Of a stretch of DNA of 64,000 nt, positions 51,292 through 59,112 are shown one piece after another. Source of the DNA: Alphaproteobacteria bacterium (GTDB lineage Bacteria; Pseudomonadota; Alphaproteobacteria; Rs-D84); assembly GCA_031555055.1 (NCBI GenBank), contig JAVBUT010000004.1, positions 13,741 to 77,740 on the forward strand. The letters run 5' to 3'. The notes under the pieces are model-generated. The model saw only the letters and a program-made list of their open reading frames with translations, did no database searches and was not told the DNA's origin. Position numbers and translations under genes: made by a program. How positions within the stretch are numbered: the first letter of the stretch is position 1; the number at the start of each line of letters is the position of its first letter.

Positions 51292-53949
51292 ATGTTTAAG
51301 CCAAACGATATTGTGAAAGTCTTGATTCCGAATGTTGCCAGTTCGGGGTATGACTATCGTTTGAACGAATCTGCGGAAATTGGCGCGTTTGTGCGCGTAT
51401 CCGTCATGAACAGGCCATATGTCGGCGTGATCATCGGCGCCGGCGACAGCGGTCTGGGACCGGAAAAAATCAAGAATGTCCAAGAAGTTATCAAATGGGC
51501 GCCGGGACTGTCGGCCGCGGACATGCTGTGGATTTCAAAAATGTCAGAATGGACGATGATGCCGATGGGCGCGGTTCTGCGCCTGATTGTTAATGTCCCG
51601 GATGCGTTTTTACAGCCAAAACAGGAACAACTGTATTCCGTGGCACTGGGCGAAGATATTCGAATGACCAATGGGCGCCAGTTGGTTCTGGACGCGTTTG
51701 CGTCGAATGATAACGAACCGATGTCCGTGTCGGATATTCAAAATATCGCACATGTCAGCGCTGCGGTGGTTAACACTATGATTCGGGCGGGTGCACTGGC
51801 CGCAGTGGCGACCAGAAATCAGGAATCAGTAATCAGGGATCAGTATAATTATTTCGATACAGGTTCTGTAAAATTAAACGACGAGCAACAGCGTGCCGCG
51901 GATGAGATATCGGCAGGTTTTGGTTCCCCTCTGGAAGAGGGGTGCCCGCAGGGCGGGGTGTCGATTAAGAAATTACCAGAAAATCCTGACTTAAAAGAAC
52001 GTGCAAAAGAATTGCGTAAAGCCGGCAGTCTTCCTGAAGCATTGCTGTGGCCCGAAATAAGCGGAAAAAAGATTAATGGGCTAAATTTTGACCGACAAAA
52101 AGTTATCGGAAATTATATAGTTGATTTCTTTTGCCCAACGAAAAACGTCGTAATAGAAATTGATGATGCGGCGACCCATGATTATAAGGGAAAGTATGAT
52201 GAAAAACGTGATAATTTCTTAAAAAAATTAGGTTTAACAATTATTCGTTTTTCGGCAAAAGAAATTTTAAAGGAAATGAATGAGGTTGTTGAATTTTTAA
52301 AACGACACCCCGCCCTGCGGGCACCCCTCTGCCAGAGGGGAACCGATACGTTCCAGGTTTATGTTCTGGACGGTATAACCGGATCGGGCAAGACCCAGGT
52401 GTATTTTGATTCCGTCTTGCGCGCGTACCAGAATGGAAAATCGGTTTTGCTGATGATGCCGGAAATCGCGCTGACTGCGCAATTCATGCACCGATTTGAA
52501 AAACGTTTCGGCGCCAAGCCGGTTGTATGGCACAGCAATCTGACCGCGGCGCGCCGACGTGAGATTTGGCGCGGTGTGGCGCGCGGCGATATTCGCATTA
52601 TTGTCGGAACGCGCAGTGCACTGTTTCTGCCGTGGCAGAATCTGGGTCTGGTTGTTGTTGATGAAGAACATGATGGATCGTACAAACAGGAAGACATGGG
52701 AAATTACCATGCGCGCGACATGGCGATACTGCGCGCGGCGATCGCAGGTTTTCCGATAGTGCTGGCCAGTGCGACGCCGTCGGCGGAAACGATGAAAAAT
52801 ATTCATGCGGGCAAATATAAGTGTCTGCGTCTGACTTCGCGTTTTGGTGGCGCGACATTGCCGCACGTCGAAACAATCGACATGCGCAAAGAGAAATGTG
52901 AGGAGTATAAATTGTCGCATCTCACCCCCACAGGGGGGCAGACGTGCCTCGGGCATTTGTCGCCAACATTATGCGATGCGATTGCGGAAACGCTGCATGA
53001 TAAAAAACAGGTCATGCTGTTTATAAATCGTCGCGGATTCGCGCCGATCGTGCAATGCAAAAAATGCGGATGGGCCGCGCAATGCCCGGACTGCAGTGTG
53101 GGCATGGTTTATCATAAAGGAATCAGAAACCAGGAACCAGGAACCAGTAAATTATTATGCCATATCTGTGGACATACTGAACCGTTGCCGAAAAAATGTC
53201 CGGACTGTGGCGGTGAAATTTCAACGCGCGGAATGGGTCTGGAAAAAATCCAGGAAGAAGTGAACGCAAAATTTCCACATGCGAAAACGGCGTTGGTGTC
53301 ATCTGACACCATGATGTCGCGCCAGGCGTTGGAACGGCTGGTGTCGCAGATGGAATCCGGTGAAATAGACATTGTCATCGGGACCCAAATTCTGGCCAAG
53401 GGACACCACTTTCCGAATCTGACGCTGGTCGGTGTCGTTGACGCGGACATGGGGCTGTTCGGATCGGATTTTCGTGCGGGTGAACATACGTTCCAACAAT
53501 TGTTCCAGGTTGCCGGCCGTGCCGGACGCGGCGAACATCATGGGCGCGTCATGCTGCAGACGTATCAGCCGGAACACCCGGTTATGCGCGCGATATGCGC
53601 AGGTGACCGCGACACGTTTATGGCGAATGATATGGAATCGCGTCGGATTGCAAAAATGCCGCCGTACGGAAACCTGATCGCACTGATCGTCGAATGCGAA
53701 AAAGAAAACATCTTGCAGGAATATTGCAAAAATCTGTCGGCGGTGGCGCCCGTGCTGGCTGGTGGCAAAATCATGGGGCCGATCATGGCCCAGCTGTACC
53801 AGGTCAGAAACTGGTATCGAATGCGGTTTTTGGTGTCGGGGGACGAACGCGCAAATCTGCAGCCGGTCGTGCGCGCGTGGATCGCCAAGATAAAGCAGCC
53901 CGCCAGCGTGCGCGTAAAGATCGATGTGGCGCCGCAAAGCTTTATGTGA
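51292..53949 (+). CDS. priA: Primosomal replication-restart helicase PriA carrying in-frame insertions
   Basis: Start MFKPNDIVKVLIP (ATG 51292). LNDEQQRAADEI, Walker A LDGITGSGKTQVY, DEEHDGSYKQ, the zinc-binding CKKCGW..CPDC...CHICGH...CPDCGG, and C-terminal blocks. Without the 141-aa insert the length (about 744 aa) is typical for PriA. Confidence 0.92.
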   Translation: MFKPNDIVKVLIPNVASSGYDYRLNESAEIGAFVRVSVMNRPYVGVIIGAGDSGLGPEKIKNVQEVIKWAPGLSAADMLWISKMSEWTMMPMGAVLRLIVNVPDAFLQPKQEQLYSVALGEDIRMTNGRQLVLDAFASNDNEPMSVSDIQNIAHVSAAVVNTMIRAGALAAVATRNQESVIRDQYNYFDTGSVKLNDEQQRAADEISAGFGSPLEEGCPQGGVSIKKLPENPDLKERAKELRKAGSLPEALLWPEISGKKINGLNFDRQKVIGNYIVDFFCPTKNVVIEIDDAATHDYKGKYDEKRDNFLKKLGLTIIRFSAKEILKEMNEVVEFLKRHPALRAPLCQRGTDTFQVYVLDGITGSGKTQVYFDSVLRAYQNGKSVLLMMPEIALTAQFMHRFEKRFGAKPVVWHSNLTAARRREIWRGVARGDIRIIVGTRSALFLPWQNLGLVVVDEEHDGSYKQEDMGNYHARDMAILRAAIAGFPIVLASATPSAETMKNIHAGKYKCLRLTSRFGGATLPHVETIDMRKEKCEEYKLSHLTPTGGQTCLGHLSPTLCDAIAETLHDKKQVMLFINRRGFAPIVQCKKCGWAAQCPDCSVGMVYHKGIRNQEPGTSKLLCHICGHTEPLPKKCPDCGGEISTRGMGLEKIQEEVNAKFPHAKTALVSSDTMMSRQALERLVSQMESGEIDIVIGTQILAKGHHFPNLTLVGVVDADMGLFGSDFRAGEHTFQQLFQVAGRAGRGEHHGRVMLQTYQPEHPVMRAICAGDRDTFMANDMESRRIAKMPPYGNLIALIVECEKENILQEYCKNLSAVAPVLAGGKIMGPIMAQLYQVRNWYRMRFLVSGDERANLQPVVRAWIAKIKQPASVRVKIDVAPQSFM
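51813..51847 (+). repeat. Heptanucleotide array in the priA coding sequence (cagaaat caggaat cagtaat cagggat cagtata)
   Basis: 7-nt periodicity, encoding ...RNQESVIRDQY... Confidence 0.7.
51922..52344 (+). mobile_element. 423-bp DUF559 (Vsr-like endonuclease) cassette with 42-bp terminal inverted repeats, inserted in-frame in priA
   Basis: The left end ggttcccctctggaagaggggtgcccgcagggcggggtgtcg (51922..51963) matches the reverse complement of the right end (52303..52344) at 41/42 positions. 423 = 141 codons, and the element starts on a codon boundary. The interior encodes ...AKELRKAGSLPEALLWPEISGKKINGLNFDRQKVIGNYIVDFFCPTKNVVIEIDDAATHDYKGKYDEKRDNFLKKLGLTIIRFSAKEI..., matching the DUF559 pattern. 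Confidence 0.85.
52921..52940 (+). repeat. Mini G/C palindrome inside the priA coding sequence
   Basis: ctcaccccc-aca-ggggggca resembles the ctcacccc...gggggg core of the unit in lgt. It encodes ...HLTPTGGQT... in a region that looks like an extra loop. Confidence 0.5.
53124..53151 (+). repeat. Heptanucleotide array in the priA zinc-finger region (cagaaac caggaac caggaac cagtaaa)
   Basis: Encodes GIRNQEPGTS between the two Cys pairs. The E. coli PriA sequence I recall is about 7 aa shorter here. Confidence 0.65.
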
Positions 53950-53978
53950 TATACAATGTCGAAAACAGGAATAAAATC

Positions 53979-54698
53979 ATGAAGAAAATGTTAGTCAGTC
54001 TATTATGCGCGTTTGTGCCGACACGCAGGCTGCGGCACGCGGTGCGCAATTGCTTTACATATACGTCCGGTCGCGGAAATAAAATAATCATTGTTAAAAA
54101 TGGTCGCGAAAAAATATACAAAAACAAATCCGTTCCGGGTCTGGTTGTGCATATTCATGGCGACAACAATACCGTCAAAATCCATCTGCCGAATTATTTC
54201 AGCCAATGCTTTATCGATATCGACAGCAATGATGCATACGTCGAAATTGGCGAAAATGGCAAGATAAGCAAAATGAATCTTTTTATGAAATGTGGTGCGG
54301 GCCAGAAATTTAGAATCGGAAAAAAATTCGAAGTCGGTGGCATGAATGTATTTTGCGATGAAACCGCAGACATCAGTATTGGTGACGATTGTCTGTTTTC
54401 GTTCGGCATAAATATTTGGGGCACTGATGGCCACAGCATAATTGATCGCGCCACCGGAAAATTGATAAACGCGGTGTCGGGCAAATTGGTCATAGGGAAT
54501 CACTGTTGGATCGGCCAGGATGTGAAAATCATGAAAAGCGCGTGTTTGCCAGACAACACCATTGTCGGCGGTGACAGCGTAGTCACCAAAAAGTTCGACG
54601 AAAGATATACTGTGATCGCGGGCAATCCGGCGCGCGTGATAAAAACAAATGTCGATTGGAATTTTTGCAACCCATACTTTTACAACAAAAAGAAATAA
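53979..54698 (+). CDS. Hexapeptide-repeat (LbH) acyl/acetyltransferase
   Basis: Start MKKMLVSLLCAFVPTRRLRHAVRN (ATG 53979; the upstream part of track ORF 53694.. overlaps the priA 3' end). Left-handed beta-helix repeats IGDDCLFSFGINIWG and IGNHCWIGQDVKIMKSACLPDNTIVGGDSVV. Confidence 0.8.
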   Translation: MKKMLVSLLCAFVPTRRLRHAVRNCFTYTSGRGNKIIIVKNGREKIYKNKSVPGLVVHIHGDNNTVKIHLPNYFSQCFIDIDSNDAYVEIGENGKISKMNLFMKCGAGQKFRIGKKFEVGGMNVFCDETADISIGDDCLFSFGINIWGTDGHSIIDRATGKLINAVSGKLVIGNHCWIGQDVKIMKSACLPDNTIVGGDSVVTKKFDERYTVIAGNPARVIKTNVDWNFCNPYFYNKKK

Positions 54699-54700
54699 TT

Positions 54701-55723
54701 ATGAAATTGCTGATAAACATAATTTGTGCGATGTTTCCAAACCGGCGGACGCGGCGCATGGTGCGTACGCGACTGATGCTGTTCTTTTATTCCGGGCGCA
54801 TGAACCGCACATGGAAAAAGTATCCGAATCTGGCGGACAAGTTTGTCATTTCAACAAACGGTGGTCTGGCGGACCAGTTTACCGAACTGTTCGCGATGCT
54901 GGAATTAAAGAAAAACAGATGCAAGGTTGTTTTTAATATGGCCGGATTAAAGACCAATCTGCCGGTGTCCGATCGTCTGTACGAATTTTCAGAAATTGAA
55001 AACATGTTCGGAAATCTGTCGCGCGAAATCGTTGACGGTTTGGCCCGCACGCCGTTCGAATTGCATAAATACAAAATTGACTGGAACGGGATATTGTTCG
55101 CAAACCTGCCGCGTGAAATCAAAGATAACTGTAACATGATCGGAATCGCATTGTCGGAAATAGACGATCGTACAAAACGCTTTGCGCCGCTGTATCTGGA
55201 TGGTGTCGGGGCGATACCGGCAAAGTCCGGACTGTTGGCGAAATATAAAAAGTTTTTGGAAAATGTCGAAATAGCGTATAAATTGGATCGAAAAAATTTT
55301 AAAAAGTTGTCGGAAATCCGCGGTGTTAAAAATTCAATCTGTGTGCACATCAGACGCGGCGACTATATAAATTTCTGGGGTGGGAAAACGGTGTCCGCAG
55401 AATATTTTCACAACGCAATCGCCGATGTCGTAAAACGCGCCAAATGGAAAAGCGCGACATGCTTTGTATTCAGCGACGATTGGAAATGGGCGCGCGACGC
55501 CGTTGACTATTCCGTGCCGGGCGCCGATGTGTCCGTGGACTTTGTCGCAATAAACAAGATCGATGATCCCCAGAGCGAGTTGGAGCTGATGCGCGCCTGC
55601 AAACACTTTGTTGCATCGGTCGGATTTTTTGGCCGGCTGGCCTATGCGATGTGCGACAATCGGGACAAGAAATTGATCGCCCCCAGCGATGATGATTTTG
55701 TTACTGTGTCGGTGGAAAAATAA
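54701..55723 (+). CDS. Glycosyltransferase family 11 (alpha-1,2-fucosyltransferase-like)
   Basis: Start MKLLINIICAMFPNRRTRRMVR (ATG 54701). The HIRRGDY motif and the downstream FSDDWKW and ELELMRACKHFVAS blocks are typical of GT11. Confidence 0.75.
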   Translation: MKLLINIICAMFPNRRTRRMVRTRLMLFFYSGRMNRTWKKYPNLADKFVISTNGGLADQFTELFAMLELKKNRCKVVFNMAGLKTNLPVSDRLYEFSEIENMFGNLSREIVDGLARTPFELHKYKIDWNGILFANLPREIKDNCNMIGIALSEIDDRTKRFAPLYLDGVGAIPAKSGLLAKYKKFLENVEIAYKLDRKNFKKLSEIRGVKNSICVHIRRGDYINFWGGKTVSAEYFHNAIADVVKRAKWKSATCFVFSDDWKWARDAVDYSVPGADVSVDFVAINKIDDPQSELELMRACKHFVASVGFFGRLAYAMCDNRDKKLIAPSDDDFVTVSVEK

Positions 55724-55725
55724 AC

Positions 55726-56130
55726 TTATTTCTGTTTTTGTTTCGCGGCGGATTTGATCGCCGGCCAGATTTTTTCTTCGAATTCTTTGTTACGCGCCAA
55801 ACCGCGCAAATGCGGGTACTTTTGAAATATGGCGTGCGTGTCCCACAATTCTGTTACCGCGCGGCCAACTTCGGATTGCAGTTTTTGCACATCGTCCAAG
55901 TTGCGTTCGTAAAAAGCGTCCCCAGCAAGAGTCTGGATAACAGTGGCAAAATCCATATTTTTCGAAAACATATCGATCAGCCATTTTGCGACCTGTTGGC
56001 GCGCGGCGTCGTCAATCGATGTCAGTCCGTCCAACCGCAGCGAATATCCAATAGAGATCAGCCACGCATGCAGTTCCCGGTCAAACCCCAGGATGTAATA
56101 GCAAAAAACAGCACGGCGAAACTTGTCCAT
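55726..56130 (-). CDS. Hypothetical protein (134 aa)
   Basis: ORF; ATG at 56130 (MDKFRRAV...) is preferred over the TTG at 56157. No family recognised. Confidence 0.45.
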   Translation of the reverse strand: MDKFRRAVFCYYILGFDRELHAWLISIGYSLRLDGLTSIDDAARQQVAKWLIDMFSKNMDFATVIQTLAGDAFYERNLDDVQKLQSEVGRAVTELWDTHAIFQKYPHLRGLARNKEFEEKIWPAIKSAAKQKQK

Positions 56131-56198
56131 GTGGCTACGATAGCATATAAAAAACAAACAGGTAAAGAGGTATGAGGGTTGAAGTTTGAAGTAGGAGG

Positions 56199-56275
56199 TT
56201 TGAAGTAGGAGGTTTGAAGTTTGAAGTTTTAAGTCATCTCACCTCAAACTTCAAACTTCAAACCTCCTACTTCAA
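56199..56275. terminator. 29-30-bp perfect hairpin built from heptanucleotide repeats, directly after the VirB11-like gene
   Basis: ttgaagtaggaggtttgaagtttgaagtt - loop - aacttcaaacttcaaacctcctacttcaa. The right arm ends 1 nt before the stop codon at 56276..56278. 7-nt periodicity (gtttgaa gtaggag). Confidence 0.7.
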
Positions 56276-57253
56276 TTAAACAACTTCTGTAACCGCACGC
56301 AGGGACCCGTCGCGCGATAACTGTACCACATGCAATTTCTTTTTCATTTCTGTGATCAGCTCGCTGCGATTATATGCCGGTTGGGTATGCAGAATACGGT
56401 CTGCGAATGCGCTGAACGCGGCCTCGGCACTTTCGGCGTGAATGGTTGTATAGAAATGATCGTGGCCCGTGCCCATCATTTCCCACAGGCTGGACGCATT
56501 GTCCGTTGAAACTTCGCCGCCGATAATAACGTCAGGCGTCATGCGCACCACCAAGTCCAGTAAACGCGCGTAATTGAAATCGTTCGTCTGTTCCGTGCGC
56601 GACAGCACAAAGTGCACGCGGTTCGCCTGGGGGACGTTGATTTCACGCGCGTCTTCGACGGTGATTACGCGGCTGTTCTGGTCGATCAGCGTCAGCATAT
56701 GGTTCAAAAAAGTTGTTTTCCCAGTCGATGTTGCGCCGCTGATCAAAATTGGACTGCCGTCATTAATCGCCTGCATCAGGTTTTCATACGGATCATCGGG
56801 GCGCTTTTTACCACGCGGTTTGACTTTTAATAATTTTTTGCCCTTGGCCAGATGATATTTGCCAAAGTCGGAAATGGTCGCGCCGCCGCCGCGAATGTTC
56901 AGCGCCACGCCACCGGTGATGTCACGGTCATCGTACTGTACGTTCGGGCCCGCGATTGCCGTAAATCGGTGATTGCCCGGCAAAGTCGCGTAAACCACAG
57001 GCATGCCGTGAATCGGATCAAACGGGCGTTCGTAAATATTCGCAACCGTATGGATTAAATCAACCAAGTATTGTTTGGATAAAATTTCGGAATTATACGC
57101 AACCCATGGCACGCGCGCACCGTGCAGTCGCATCCAGACTTCGCCCGCGTGGTTTATCGCGATTTCTTCGACAAAGCTGGGCTTGTAAAATTCTTCCAGC
57201 GGGCGCAATAAAGATTCTAGAACAACGTTGCTCATATCGTTATATTCTATCAT
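56276..57253 (-). CDS. VirB11-like type IV secretion ATPase (orphan)
   Basis: Walker A ILISGATSTGKTTFLN, RVITVEDAREI, Asp/His boxes ...VRMTPDVIIGGEV... and GTGHDHFYTTIHAESA. 325 aa. No other vir/trb genes are in the window. Confidence 0.8.
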   Translation of the reverse strand: MIEYNDMSNVVLESLLRPLEEFYKPSFVEEIAINHAGEVWMRLHGARVPWVAYNSEILSKQYLVDLIHTVANIYERPFDPIHGMPVVYATLPGNHRFTAIAGPNVQYDDRDITGGVALNIRGGGATISDFGKYHLAKGKKLLKVKPRGKKRPDDPYENLMQAINDGSPILISGATSTGKTTFLNHMLTLIDQNSRVITVEDAREINVPQANRVHFVLSRTEQTNDFNYARLLDLVVRMTPDVIIGGEVSTDNASSLWEMMGTGHDHFYTTIHAESAEAAFSAFADRILHTQPAYNRSELITEMKKKLHVVQLSRDGSLRAVTEVV

Positions 57254-57312
57254 AAATCGACGCTTGAATCAAAAGGCTTTATTTGCTACAATTTAACCAA
57301 AAGGTGGGAATT

Positions 57313-57870
57313 ATGAAGAAATTTTTAGCGCTGTGCTTGGTTCCATTGGCGTTGGCCGCATGCAACACAGGCGAAGAGGCCCCGTATAACCAGGCCGACT
57401 TTGCCCAGGGCGGGCCGGACGCGCCGATGTACAACGAACGTACCAGCACATTTATGCAACCGGACAACCAGTATTCGAACATTGATTCATACAGACCAAA
57501 GACCGAGGCTGAAAAAGAAGCCAATGACAAGCGCTGGAATACTTCGCGCATGGAAACAAGATGGCAGGAATATAAGGGCGTTATGGTCCGGGTCCAGGTT
57601 TTGCTGGGGAATACCGATATGCGCGAAATGCGTCTGCGCATAATGCAGAATGCCGATGGTGCCGACGTTGACGGTGATTACAGAACAATTCTGGCCAAGG
57701 TTGCAGATTACGAGATGAAGCGCGTATGCGGTCGTAACACGGAAAACATTGTTGTAGTATATGACCAGCCGTCATTTGACGTCATGCGTCCAACACCTTA
57801 TTTTGACTATCGCGTCGAAGCCGAAGGCGCCACCATGCGCGAATACGGTTTCAGGTGTGTTTATAAATAA
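57313..57870 (+). CDS. Lipoprotein, unknown function
   Basis: Start MKKFLALCLVPLALAACNTGEE after AAGGTGGG. A lipobox is present. 185 aa. Confidence 0.7.
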   Translation: MKKFLALCLVPLALAACNTGEEAPYNQADFAQGGPDAPMYNERTSTFMQPDNQYSNIDSYRPKTEAEKEANDKRWNTSRMETRWQEYKGVMVRVQVLLGNTDMREMRLRIMQNADGADVDGDYRTILAKVADYEMKRVCGRNTENIVVVYDQPSFDVMRPTPYFDYRVEAEGATMREYGFRCVYK

Positions 57871-57934
57871 TATAATTAAAAATGGGCGCGAATATGCGCC
57901 CATACAATTGGAAATAAAAAAAAGGTAAACTAAT

Positions 57935-58177
57935 ATGACTGATAAAATTATTAATAAAGATGTTCAAATTGATAATTGGTACCAAGAAGAATTGGCCGCA
58001 ATTGAAAAAAGATTTATAAATCCTGTCACGAAAAAACCAACTAATCCAGAAGCATACAAACAAGCAATAGAAATCCTCGAACGGAATTTACAAGCCAGAT
58101 TGAAAGAAAAGGCCCGTTCCACTATGGAAATGGTTGGTTTCGGATTTAATGTGCCCCAGGGAAAAGACGAAAGATAA
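57935..58177 (+). CDS. Hypothetical small protein (80 aa) on a 344-bp segment flanked by 19-bp direct repeats
   Basis: ORF MTDKIINKDVQIDNWYQEELAAIEKRF..., preceded by aaaaaggtaaactaatATG. AT-rich. Confidence 0.4.
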   Translation: MTDKIINKDVQIDNWYQEELAAIEKRFINPVTKKPTNPEAYKQAIEILERNLQARLKEKARSTMEMVGFGFNVPQGKDER

Positions 58178-58540
58178 AAACTTTTGTCGACAATTGCCAT
58201 GTACGCCGCAGTTTCAGGTGTGTTTATAAGTGATTTTTGATTCCCCTTCGCTAAAGCCGAAGGGAAAATTTGCTTTTCGTAGTACATAAAGCTTTGTTTT
58301 TTATTTTACAAATACCCAGGCCGGGGTATGGGTGCGCAAATTACTGCAAATAAAACCATTTGGATGATTCCTTGTTAGGTGCAGTGCCGTCGAGAATGCT
58401 GTCTGCGGTCGCATAAATTTTTAATTTCCAAAGTAACCAAAGCAGGCGGTTGTTTTTAACAAGCAAATGAGAATGGGTATTGTCTATTTTTAAATAAAAC
58501 ATTCTGTTCCACAGCCTGGTTCTTTTTTACAAAATCCGCT

Positions 58541-58753
58541 CTTGTTTATTTATACGACTTGTTTCTGCACTACGCACATCTTGCCGTCATACCGGCGAAC
58601 GCCGGTATCCAGTAGTATTAATTATAAATACAAGGTCTTGAAACTTTATACTTCTGGACCCCGTCGGACGACGGGGTGACGACCAGTGTGAAATGTTTTT
58701 ATTTATTACAAAATACGAATGCGGTTTATTCAAGATATAAATTGTGGAACAGA
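58541..58753 (+). repeat. Composite repeat of about 215-225 bp, copy 2
   Basis: Collinear with 34491..34716, with the same two hairpins and the same AT-rich tail. Confidence 0.85.
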
Positions 58754-59112
58754 GTGAAATAAAAATATATTAAATAATTTCCTGTAATTTTTACATACGG
58801 TATTGCTTATGGATAATGTCAATTAACCTATTTTTGATTTTTGTGTTTGCAAAACTTTTCAATAATGTTATCCTGTGTTTGAATCCAAGGAGATGTGGGT
58901 TCGGGACCTTAGAAAAGTCCATGTTCAGGACAACACCTGTCGGTGTTGCGATCTCGTTTTTAGTGTTTAAGTACACACCCGACTTTGGTCGGGGCTCTGT
59001 TGGTTATACAACAGGGTTCGCCCAAAAGCCAACGGGGGCATCTGAACATGCTTTTTCTAAAACCCCGACCGCCAAATTCTTTGGCGGTTTTCTAGTTACA
59101 CGGAGTTTAGAG

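Noticed and set aside
51922-52344. An intein in PriA.
   Set aside because: There is no Cys/Ser/Thr at the N-terminal junction paired with a His-Asn plus Cys/Ser/Thr C-terminal junction, and no LAGLIDADG or HNH block pattern. Instead the element has nucleotide-level terminal inverted repeats and a DUF559 fold signature.
53694-53978. The 95-codon N-terminal extension of the acetyltransferase ORF (track start 53694).
   Set aside because: It overlaps the conserved 3' end of priA in another frame and is Arg/Gly/Ala-rich. A clean start, MKKMLVSLL, exists at 53979, right after the priA stop.
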